Assembly (NCBI GenBank): GCA_044892525.1
Contig: CM097886.1
Location: 120,032,001-120,096,000 of the forward strand
Length of the DNA stretch: 64,000 nucleotides
Reading direction: 5' to 3'
Source of the DNA: Schmidtea polychroa
Taxonomy: Eukaryota
In this document: positions 27,600-37,490 of the stretch, piece after piece
Position numbering within the stretch: the stretch's first letter is position 1
Layout: each line of letters starts with the position of its first letter
Notes under the pieces: model-generated
Databases searched by the model: none
Told to the model about the DNA's origin: nothing
Seen by the model: the letters and a program-made list of their open reading frames with translations, nothing else
Translations under genes and position numbers: made by a program

Positions 27600-28300
27600 A
27601 ATTGATTTTCAGATATCCAAGTTGGAGTTTCATAAACATCCCATTTAACGTAGTATTGTTTATATTTCCCATCTTTTTTGGTTTTTAAAATATTTTTGAA
27701 TTCTGAATACATTGCGGGCTGGAATGACTAAGAGTTCTTGTTCGTAGAATTTACCACTGATTAGTTTGTTTTCATGATCAGATATCACATACGGGACAGA
27801 TTTTCAAAATATGATATATACTTCATCACTCTAATTACTATCGAAATTCTTCATGAATGTAGAAGAACTGCTTTTACTAATTCATACATGATCACCCGCC
27901 TTGTATTTCGGTTTATCGATTTTTTCTACCTTGTTTAATGGTTTGTGGTAAAAAAAACAAGTCTAAGCCCTTTTAATTCTCTATGCGGCAAATGATTGTA
28001 ACTGAACATAATTTTTGCCAAAACATTTATCCAAAACATTAAAAATATCAAAACAAGTCAAAATATATTTGTAATTTTTGCTGATTTTTGAATAAGGAAA
28101 CGTTTCCATCAAATCCATTTGCCATAAATCATTGATTCCAAATGTTTTGTATGGTCTTGTTAGGAATCGCTTCAACATTAATTTATTTAAACTGTAAGCT
28201 AATTGATTAGATAACCATTAGTTTCCTTCTTTGAATTAATCACTCGTGTTGTTAATTTTTCTACACCACCAAACCATCTAAATCTTTAGGATTTGTCCTT
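27600..28300 (-). pseudogene. Maverick/Polinton-type integrase relic
   Basis: RPYKTFGINDLWQMDLMETFPYSKISKNYKYILTCFDIF matches the Polinton/Ginger rve pattern DDLWQADL.D...S..N.GYKYILT.ID.FS. A FGGV motif lies upstream. Disrupted. Confidence 0.7.
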
Positions 28301-29935
28301 ATCATTTTAAGCTTTTTCTCCTTTGTTTTGAAAAAAGGTTTCTTCATTATTACAACACGCTGTCAGCATATTTAAATTTAAAATATGTTTATTGATTATT
28401 GAACTCTTGGCGCTTCTTAAGAACTTAACGATGAAATTGCACTAATTACTGATAAGACTATTGAAAATAATGCACTCAAGAATCCACCTTTTTGTCAATA
28501 TATTATCTTTCTCATTAGATGTCGATTTTTAGTGTTGACTAAAAATAAAAGTGATCTTTTATGTCTTTGCAATACTAATATATTAGTTTTAGTAATATTT
28601 ACGTTACCGTGAACAACAGTAACTTCAAGTAAATCATCAATAACAAATGAAAATCTTGTAAAAAGGACATTCGTTTACATTAAAATATGGTCAACTGCGT
28701 TCAAATTTTATTATTACTAACATTATTTAAGTGGTTGTATTGTTTATAATTTAATCCATTTCTCAGTTTGTTTCTTCACAATAGGCTTCTTACTACGTCT
28801 AGTTCCTAAGGCATAAACTGTATCAGTACAACAATTGTGAGCGCTTGTAACAGAATAATCAGATATGCGGTTTGATTGCAAAGTTACTGGGCTCAATCAA
28901 GTTTATTAATTGATAAAAATTCAAGGACAATAATCCCAAAATTAGTTTGCTTCAAATATTTTATTTAAAACAAGAATTCATCCGAAAACTAAAACTGCTT
29001 CATATTAAAAGTCCCAAAAATAAGTGAAACTGACATTTCAAATCATATGTAGGGAAAACTTTTTTTTTGTTACTTGTTTAAATATTTGGTAAAAATTTCA
29101 TTAAAAAATCTGTTCATTTTCTGTACTGATTTTCAAAGCAAACTAATTGATGTGGAATAATTCAATATGAGAAGAAATCATTGAAGTGAAAAAGATTTTA
29201 AGAAAATTTCAGTATCAGTAATTAATTAGGAAAATTTTTACACTTTGAATTTGTAATGGGATAAATCTTTTGTATTCCTTTGAACATCCTTGATTTTCAA
29301 ATTCTTGAATAAGTATGATGGAACTTTGATAATTTACCCTTTTGAGCCGCATATCTTTATTGTCATTTACCCCCCAACATCTCTTGTTGCAAAGGGAGCT
29401 TTTAGTATCAGAATAATTTAATTTGATATAGATTAAGCGCTAAACATAAATTAAAATCATAAAATTTTACCTATAAAATTTGATTCTGAAACACGAGGTA
29501 CAAAAATTCATGGTAAAAAATTGTAAATGATTTGAGAGGGAAGACTCCATTGAAGAACCCCTCCCCGTGTCGTTAAATGTCTAGTTGGAGTTATTATTTT
29601 CAAATTGACGCATATTAATGAAAAATACTTGATTAAGAAAATAACAGCAAAAGTTTTACTTGAAAATTAGGACAAAATTTTGACTTTCAAAAAGATTTTA
29701 CCCTTCACATTTGCATTATTAGACAATAGAAATCCCTATTTAAACAAAAACCATTTTGAAAATAAAGGGTAAGTAATTTAAAAAAAGTGTTGGATGATCT
29801 GATCTAAAATTATTACATCTTTTTCATAATTATTCATTTTTATTTCTGATCAATTGATAATTTGTACAATTAATTTATTAATATAAATATACAACTCTTT
29901 AAATACATATGCCAATAGGAATCATTAATATTTTC

Positions 29936-31173
29936 GGTAAATAGTAGATTTACTATGTTAATGGTAATTTACTATGTTAAAAAATAAAGTAATAAATTAA
30001 ATTAATAAATCAATATAAATTAATTATAAATTTACAAAAATTAGCACATCCATGCCAAAACAAACACAATTCTTTATAATTCCGAAGCAGTCAATTCTTT
30101 CAGACGACGAAGTACGTGCCATAAATATTAACGAAAACTATCTCGACAATGTGTTTCTTGATCATACCAATACAAATGAATTTTTAGCCTGCTTTGGTCT
30201 GATACAGAATTTTAAACTGTGTAAACGATGCGAAAACCGGCATTTACGGTATGTTAAAAATATGAATTATGTGGATGGTTATCACTGGTTATCAGACATG
30301 TCGATATCAGGAATCTATTCGTGCAAACTCTTTCATTGTGAAAAGTAAGATGAACACAAAAAACTTTTTATCGTTATATGAAAGGGGAAGAATTACAAGA
30401 CATTAGTTATGAATTGAATATTGAAAGACATACCGTTTCGAGTTAGGTTTCGTTGCTTCGTGAGGCAATGATATATTATTTATCAGCAAATTTTAGTATT
30501 CTGGGCGGAGTTGGTAATAATGGACAATCAAAAATTGTTGAGGTTGACGAGACTTTATTCTTCCGGTGAAAATATAATCGAGGACAGATGTTGAATCAGC
30601 GATGGTATATCGGGGGTATTGAACGTGGGACAAGAAGCATTTTTATCCTGCCAGTACCGAACCGTAAAGCCGAAACCATTGCGGCCATATTTATTGGAAA
30701 TATACACCCTGGATCAATTGTCATTACAGATCAGTGGCGTTCTTATGGAAGAGTATGTCGAGAATTAAATGTATTCATGCACCAAACCGTTAACCATTCT
30801 GTCAACTTCGTTGATCCATGCGACCCAACAATCCATACTCAAAACATTGAGGGACTATGGTCACGTTCAAAATACTTTATTCGAAAAAAAGAGGCGTTTC
30901 AAGTGAGATTCAATCGGAATATTTAGTACAATTTATTTGGGAATACAACATTGCAAAAAATAAGAGATTTAATGATTTGTTGATCTTATTAAACCATTCT
31001 TGATTCACGGATAAAAAATTATGGATTTTATTTAATTTTTGTATAAGCAAATATTTTTTTAATTGCAGTGTTTTTAATTTTATAATTAAGTTATATTGAT
31101 TTATTAATTTAATTTATTACTTTATTTTTTAACATAGTAAATTACCATTAACATAGTGAAACTACCATCTACC
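29936..31173 (+). mobile_element. Merlin (IS1595/ISXO2-like) DNA transposon with broken transposase
   Basis: ~95-bp TIRs starting GGTA, and an exact 8-bp TSD ATATTTTC (29928-29935 and 31174-31181). Transposase fragments include IVEVDET, GGIERGT, PNRKAETI, IVITDQWRSY, HQTVNHSVNFVDP and HTQNIEGLWS. Frameshifts and a TGA are present. Confidence 0.92.
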
Positions 31174-31445
31174 ATATTTTCTTATCAATTCCTTAAATCC
31201 TTTACTGTAAACTCCCCATAAACACTAAATTCCTGTATTGTTGTGCAAATCCATTAAGAAATTAATTCGAATCTGAAATATAAACTCCAAATCTTTTAAA
31301 CCAATTTATTAGCATAAAATATTTTCCTGAAAACCCATTAATAAAACAAAGATTCACAAAATTTCAAAAGAAAATCAATTGAAGGCAAAACATATAATAC
31401 CCTGCAACACAGAAGTAAAAAAATTATTTAGGCACATAATAAAAG

Positions 31446-31860
31446 TGTTAGGTTTGCAAGTTGGTTAGAGTACTAACACACTCACTCGATCTGACTCCAA
31501 GGATATATGTAAGATAAATCAGAACAACAACTCGACTTTTATATAAAACTATTTATTGATATGAAAGATAAATACAAAATATGGATTTGATTAGAAAGTT
31601 TAAAATAACAATAAAACGTGTTGCCCAAAAAAGTTGTTGCAAATAAGCAGAAAATAGATTTAGGTTAAACAAACCTTCCTAAGATATTTCTAAGGCGACG
31701 AATACAGGATTCTAATTAATAGACAACACCGCTCAACAATATAAGAGGGTTGCCCGAAATTTACTGCGATCGATTAGTAATCAGAAATTGGTAGTAAAGT
31801 TATCCTAGATTCCTTACCCTATTCCCTACATCAGATCAGAACCATGATTAAATTTAATAA
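31446..31860 (-). mobile_element. 3' part of a second, related LTR (copies at 47044-47394 and 49880-~50294)
   Basis: Plus-strand TGTTAGG terminus and CTGACTCC motif as in 33177. Minus-strand TAGAAATATCTTAGGAAGGTTTGTTTAACC aligns with TAGAAATATTCTTCAGGGCGGTTTGATTAACC in the large element's LTR. AATAAA on the minus strand at ~31552-31557. The inner boundary is approximate. Confidence 0.75.
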
Positions 31861-32437
31861 AGATCACAACAAAGATCACAACAAGATCACAATCAGTTTT
31901 GAATAATAACGGTTTGTCCATTTCAACATCATACGATAATGCTATCATTGAACAACCTAATGGTCGCATCTCAGCCGATTGGGTATAGAGCTGATTAATA
32001 TCCGCAATACAACGACATATTATATCACAAGGCATTTCATATCCAATTTTAGATTTAAATCGAGCTGCTTCCACTTGTGCACGACATACTTGAGATCGAC
32101 AATCAGGGATCATAGCAGTCATAACACCTCCAGTACTTTCAGTAATATTAAACGAGTCTTGATCGGTAACATCATACACAACAATAATTCCATGAGCTCC
32201 TCTGTAATAAGACGAGGTTATAGTTCTAAATCTTTCTTGACCTGCTGTATCCCATATTTGCAATTTTATAGTTTTACCATCTAATTCAATAGTTCTGATT
32301 TTAAAGTCAACCCAATTGTGCTTATATGAGTGTTCAGTATGAGTATCATCTGCAAATCTGAGTAATAAACAAGATTTTCCAACACCAGAATCTCCAATTA
32401 ATAGAAACTTGAATAAATAGTCATACTCTATATCCAT
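31826..32437 (-). CDS. RAB1/PSMA6: Chimeric ORF: Rab1 N-terminal half fused in frame to an internal segment of proteasome subunit alpha type-6, ending in LTR sequence
   Basis: aa 1-97 are Rab1 ([76 protein letters not shown]). aa ~96-182 are PSMA6 ([44 protein letters not shown]). No introns in the CDS. Confidence 0.9.
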   Translation of the reverse strand: MDIEYDYLFKFLLIGDSGVGKSCLLLRFADDTHTEHSYKHNWVDFKIRTIELDGKTIKLQIWDTAGQERFRTITSSYYRGAHGIIVVYDVTDQDSFNITESTGGVMTAMIPDCRSQVCRAQVEAARFKSKIGYEMPCDIICRCIADINQLYTQSAEMRPLGCSMIALSYDVEMDKPLLFKTDCDLVVIFVVIFIKFNHGSDLM

Positions 32438-33176
32438 TTAATTATTGTCAACGTTCCGGTTTCGATAAACAGATAAACAATTATAATCGTACAAAAAATA
32501 ACAAATCGCAAATTCCAAACTTCAAAATTTCACAATTCCAGAACAAAATTCCAATTTCTTGCCTCAGACAAACAACTCTAAATTTCCACAAAATTAATAT
32601 AATAATCACAATTTAAAAATAAAAACCTACTTCTTGCGTCTGTGTGCGCACACCAACAATATTCGATCAAATCATACCGCGCACACAGACGCGAAACAAA
32701 AGGAAACGTCAAACAAACTGCCAGTCAGAGGTGAGTGACATTCCCCCTCTGACTGGTCGAAACAGATGCTTTTCAAGGTATTAATATGAGTCTTATTAGA
32801 ACTGTCACAACTGGGGTATCAAAATTATATGATGACCAGTTTCTATTTTTCGCACATGGCTGTTGTAGGGTACTTGCATTTACATAGGCAAAGTAACGAT
32901 CAAAACGCTAATTACCTTTACTACAACTTTATTATCGTTCATCCTCAAATTTATAAATAACTATTCACTTAACTACTATCAAATTTGTTTGATGTATTAT
33001 AACTATAACTATTATAACTATATAGGCAATAGCTTCCTGTTTGTAATCAGCACAATAAATAATTATTTTTACGTTTGACTAGTTTTCGTTTAATTTTTGT
33101 TCTATTTCGTTTCCAATAATATTAATGTAAATTATCGTCCTACTACTATTTGAAATATGAATTTTTATACTAAATG

Positions 33177-34269
33177 TGTTAGGTTCGATGGGTAGGTAGT
33201 CGAACTAACACAAAAAATGTTCTATCTGACTCCAATAAATAATTTAGGCGTATAGGTAATAAATAAGAAATATGATTTACAATATTTATTAATGATAAAA
33301 ATTACACGATTGTTTATTTGTACAAATTATTCACGCTGCTCTCTGAAGAAAAGAAAACGGTTAATCAAACCGCCCTGAAGAATATTTCTACGAATCAAGG
33401 CTGGCCCTAAATGCGCCAACAGCCCGATATAAGTGAAAGGAAAAAGATAGGGAAACTCACCAAATTTTACGCGATAGAGTCAACCCAGAAATTGGTTAAC
33501 TCTTTAAATTATATTTGACACGAAACAGCTACAAAAAATATGTGCTGACGTTGCAATCCCCTTTTATATTAATTTAAATAAATGAAAATATTTATATGTA
33601 TATATATTTCAAATCAAAAATACTAACTAATTGATTATTCCAACAAGGGTAAGATAAACCACAGATTGGTTGTCGAACTGGCTACTAATATTTCTTCCTT
33701 TTACTTTAATTAATACTCCAATAGGTATTGGAGTTACGATATTATATAGATGATGCGAAAAATCCTGATAAAAATATCCTTTGGTTCCGAAGAATTTCGT
33801 GATAAATATAATTCCAGTAATTAATTTCTTGATCGATATTCCTATGGAAATTTCTTGATCCAATAGACAAAATGAAATTTCCCAAAATTTTAGGTTAAAT
33901 TCTAAATGTCAAGAATGCCGAATTAAAATGATCTGATCGTATCTATTTATAACTATGGGGATTCTCTTCTGATTTTTCTTGTCTCTAATTTCTTATCCTC
34001 CTGTAATCTAATTTTTAACTAGTATTTATATAAATTTTATTTCCATAATTCTATTAATAGTAATTGTTTAATTACTATTTTTATTATATTTTTTAAATAA
34101 TTTCTATAGTTCTATTTTTAGTAATTATTTATTACTAATTATATTTTAGTTTTAATTTTAGTATTTAATTTCTATTTTCGGTAATTTTTTATTACTATTT
34201 TTGTTATACTTCTAATTAATTATTATTTAATTTCGAATCTTCAATTCCGGTTCCTACTGAACCCCAACA
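33177..34269 (-). mobile_element. 3' LTR of the large Gypsy-like element (1093 bp)
   Basis: TGTT...AACA termini, AATG on the outer flank, and an adjacent PPT. Near-identical to 51611-52703. Confidence 0.9.
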
Positions 34270-34281
34270 AGTCTTCCCCCT
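34270..34281 (-). promoter_or_regulatory. Polypurine tract
   Basis: Minus strand reads AGGGGGAAGACT immediately before the LTR's TG. Confidence 0.8.
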
Positions 34282-34571
34282 AACAAGATTTTCGTCCCGA
34301 AAATTAAAGCGGTAAAGATAAGACAATTGCAGCCAATACATAAAATTAAAAAAAATATAAAAATAAAATAAAACAACTGAATAAAATGTATATACATAAA
34401 GTAATCAAAGTCAAACTCAGAGATGGTTAAACAAAATTAAAAATCAGATTTATCAAATGTTGTTCATAATGTCTATCAATTTGAATATCTGGATTGGATT
34501 GAGTTGTCGAAGGTGTTGGGATTGAGGACGTATAGCAAATTGCTAGGTCCATTGAACACATAGCCGAATTG

Positions 34572-36209
34572 CTAGTATTTTCTCCTTTTCATGACCTTGG
34601 CACTTTCGTTACGGATCCTTTGTTCTACAATGTCAGGTCTGTAACTGACCACCAAAGTCTCCCGTGTACTTACCTCTTTGTACACAATTGAGGAGATAAT
34701 GTACGAGCCCTCATTAGCCTCCAATACTCCGTAGTCGGGGAAATTGGATACGGCTACTTCATGGATTGGGCCTCCGTCGTATTCCGTGATACGCGGTTTC
34801 CATTTGCTGTCGGGTCTCTGCCACCAACTAGGATCTTCCCTGTCGAGGTCTTCCCGTATTTTGATTGAATTGCCCCTTCCGACGAACTCGCCTTCCTTTA
34901 CGATAATAGGTTCTCCTGAAATCGTGGGTTCACTCTTTGTTGCCAATATCTTGGTCAACGCAGGATCTGGTGGCTGATAGTGGGTTTCTAGGAGATCGTC
35001 ATCCTCATCTTGGATGGATATCCTAGGCATCTTCTTTTTCGTGCTCTTAGGAATCTCCGTTTTCCTCTTTGTAGAGGTAGGAACATTTTTCTCCTTGTCC
35101 TCTTTCTGGGGGGGTTTCTCCGTTGGTTTCTTTTTAAACTTCAAGTCTTGTAGCTTGAGTAATGGTGCCACAGCTTGGGGTAATGTTCCCCCTTCAGCTC
35201 CTTGTTTGGGTTCACCCAACGGGGCCAATGCTTTCAGGATCTTGGTGACCCGTTCAACTAACTTTTCTGCTGGCTGGGGTTTTTCTACTTCCATTTTAGC
35301 CGAATTCACCACTCTACCGTCATTGGTAAGGGTGACTTGGCGGCAGTTATCGTCTGCACTCTCACAAGTGGCATAGTCGTCTTCATCAGCAATTGAAATG
35401 GCTGGCGGCGACAAGGAATCTTCTTCCACTATTTTCAACAACTTCGTCCTGGGGATATCTTCTTTCACATAGCTCTCCATAGCTAGTGGTTTTTGCCTGC
35501 TTGAGGTACCGGGTTCCATCTGCTTGATTTGTGAAGACACCACCTCTTTCCGGGTGTCCGGTGAAATGTCGTCGACCCAGATGTCTCGTAGGTTATCGTA
35601 AATCTCCTTGATGGTAGTTACATCATTCTCCGTTTGAAGATCCGAGAAATGATGTGCTTCTTTACCGGTGACTGCCTTTGCCAAATATGCCAAACGATAA
35701 TACCCGTTGCATTTCTTTAGGTCCCTACTTTCGAGACATTTAGCTGCGCCTAGCTCACGGATTCCGAGAGCGCGCTGCATTGGGAATCTAATAACTTCTA
35801 GTAGGTCCTTTACTAGCAATCCCACGATGATTTTCCCATCGCAGATTTTCCTGATTCGTTCGGCACAGTCTTCTCCGTCGAACTGTCCTATTATTTCTTT
35901 CTCGGTCATACCATGCGCATGCGATTGGTAATGTTTGACCTGTGCTCTGGGGGTGACTCTCGTGTTGAGTATCAGATCGCCATTGAAATGTGAGATTGAA
36001 ATGGCCACGATTGCCGGTTTCAGGAATTGTCGTAGTGTAGCGTAGTGAGCTGCTACGAAAATGGTGAGGTTATCCTCTTGTCTAGGGTCCAGACGCTGTC
36101 TGACGAAAGACTTAAATGTTTTGATGTCGTTATCGTTGACATTATATGTCCAGTTTGGGTCATTAACCCATCTTGTTTGTGCTTCTCTGTGAGGTTCCAG
36201 GATTTCCAT
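34572..36209 (-). CDS. Accessory ORF (545 aa): DEDDh/REX4-like exonuclease-fold domain with degenerate active site, long charged linker, C-terminal domain ending KRRKY
   Basis: AISISHFNGDLILNTRVTP..QVKHYQSHAHGMT, GKIIVGLLVKDL, RLAYLAKAVTGKE and ENDVTTIKEIY parallel REX4/ISG20 motifs (ARVSIVN.G..LYD.YVKP..VTDYRT..SGI; GRILVGH..NDL; SL..LA...LG; EDA.A.M.LY). The ExoI position reads FVAAHY rather than DxE. Confidence 0.65.
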   Translation of the reverse strand: MEILEPHREAQTRWVNDPNWTYNVNDNDIKTFKSFVRQRLDPRQEDNLTIFVAAHYATLRQFLKPAIVAISISHFNGDLILNTRVTPRAQVKHYQSHAHGMTEKEIIGQFDGEDCAERIRKICDGKIIVGLLVKDLLEVIRFPMQRALGIRELGAAKCLESRDLKKCNGYYRLAYLAKAVTGKEAHHFSDLQTENDVTTIKEIYDNLRDIWVDDISPDTRKEVVSSQIKQMEPGTSSRQKPLAMESYVKEDIPRTKLLKIVEEDSLSPPAISIADEDDYATCESADDNCRQVTLTNDGRVVNSAKMEVEKPQPAEKLVERVTKILKALAPLGEPKQGAEGGTLPQAVAPLLKLQDLKFKKKPTEKPPQKEDKEKNVPTSTKRKTEIPKSTKKKMPRISIQDEDDDLLETHYQPPDPALTKILATKSEPTISGEPIIVKEGEFVGRGNSIKIREDLDREDPSWWQRPDSKWKPRITEYDGGPIHEVAVSNFPDYGVLEANEGSYIISSIVYKEVSTRETLVVSYRPDIVEQRIRNESAKVMKRRKY

Positions 36210-36278
36210 TGCTATGATGGTATCTATACCTTCACATAACAGTGATATGTTCTTTTCCCTTCCGTCCCGGTTTTCTAT

Positions 36279-36734
36279 TTAGAGGGTAGTGTGCTTTTGT
36301 AGCAAAATAGGGTTCGTGGCGCCAGGAACATAAACCGTAATTGGTTTGTTAATGGCGTGTATCCACAGGTGGTTGGTCAGACTATGTCTACCAAACTCAG
36401 GCATGACCTCGGTAAGCCTAATACTACCGTTATGCTTACCCGGGATTCTGGAGATAATCATTTGACGCTTTGGAGCCTCGTCAAATTTGAAATTATTGGG
36501 TATACCTGAACAATGACCGTAAAACCAGTGCCTTTGTCCTTTTCTACCTAGCTCCATAACCTGCTTCTCCAGGTTCTTGTAAATGAGTTTTTCTTTTAGT
36601 AAGGTTGTAGCACGTATAATGCTATGCCTTCCTTGGTATTGGGATATTGGATGGCTCTGCATTCCTGAAATAAAAATCATTAACCATAATATCAGATATA
36701 CTGATATGCCATAATAGGCTAAAAAGATATGCAT
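36279..36734 (-). CDS. Accessory ORF (151 aa), probably secreted
   Basis: ATG start, hydrophobic N-terminus (IFLAYYGISVYLILWLMIFISG), intact frame, same strand as the element. Confidence 0.6.
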   Translation of the reverse strand: MHIFLAYYGISVYLILWLMIFISGMQSHPISQYQGRHSIIRATTLLKEKLIYKNLEKQVMELGRKGQRHWFYGHCSGIPNNFKFDEAPKRQMIISRIPGKHNGSIRLTEVMPEFGRHSLTNHLWIHAINKPITVYVPGATNPILLQKHTTL

Positions 36735-36860
36735 AAGTCTTATAATAAAAGATCTACATATGCTGAATTTTAATGCTACCTGGAGCTCTACGTAAATATA
36801 GATTTTAAGATATATATAAATATTTATATATGATTTTTCCCTCGGGGGAGTCTGTAATTG

Positions 36861-37490
36861 TCATAATTGCGACATCAGTACTCCATCGTAAGCTCTTATG
36901 GCTTGTCTAAAATATAGCTTGGTCCAAATACCCATAGCTATCAGTGTAGTTACCAGCGATAGTACGGCCGATACCGTAATCCATACCCCTACGGGTATTT
37001 TCAGGATATATCCTGCATTAAAGTTTGTGATGGCATTACAATCACAACAGTTTGTCATGTTTGGGGGCGTTTGACAAGATATTTGTTTAATGGGTGACAA
37101 CTGTTTAAGATGTTGCCACATTGCGGGATGTATCACCATGTTCTCCCTGACTACTTTTGGTGGTTTTTCCGTTACAACTGGCTGTTTCAGAGGTAATATC
37201 TCCTCAAATACCTCGAACCACCTATCGTCTTCCCGTTTCCTCGGACTATAGTATATAACTAGAACCGAATATTCTACTGACTGATTTAGATACGTTTCTT
37301 GGGAGGGAGAGTTCTGGTCTAACCATAATGTTCTTCTCGTGGTTGATCCGTTTAGAATGCTGATTTTCACTTTTTCCTCCCTGTTAATTTGCTGGCAAAT
37401 TTTACTTTCTCCTTCTCGTAGGATATCGATATGCGGTTTGTGAAATCTGCCGTCCGTAGGATCCAATTTGATACGTGATAGGTATACCAA
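36861..37490 (-). CDS. ORF overlapping the pol end in the -1 frame: beta-rich ectodomain plus C-terminal TM
   Basis: TM VGVWITVSAVLSLVTTLIAMGIW near the C-terminus, with N-x-S/T sequons (NGS, NQS, NMT). It has no ATG start of its own at the overlap. Confidence 0.7.
   Translation of the reverse strand: MVYLSRIKLDPTDGRFHKPHIDILREGESKICQQINREEKVKISILNGSTTRRTLWLDQNSPSQETYLNQSVEYSVLVIYYSPRKREDDRWFEVFEEILPLKQPVVTEKPPKVVRENMVIHPAMWQHLKQLSPIKQISCQTPPNMTNCCDCNAITNFNAGYILKIPVGVWITVSAVLSLVTTLIAMGIWTKLYFRQAIRAYDGVLMSQL

Larger units (their letters stand above)
28962..34269. repeat. Segmental duplication, copy 1 (copy 2 at 47396-52703, offset 18434)
   Basis: Near-identical sequence, including identical ORF translations (30052/48486, 30588/49022, 31826/50260). 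About ten substitutions seen by eye. Confidence 0.95.

Noticed and set aside
29936-31173. Bacterial IS1595 insertion or contamination
   Set aside because: Context is eukaryotic (Rab1, PSMA6, GPCR, LTR elements, microsatellites), so this is the eukaryotic Merlin relative. No operons, rRNA/tRNA genes or CRISPR arrays were seen anywhere in the window.
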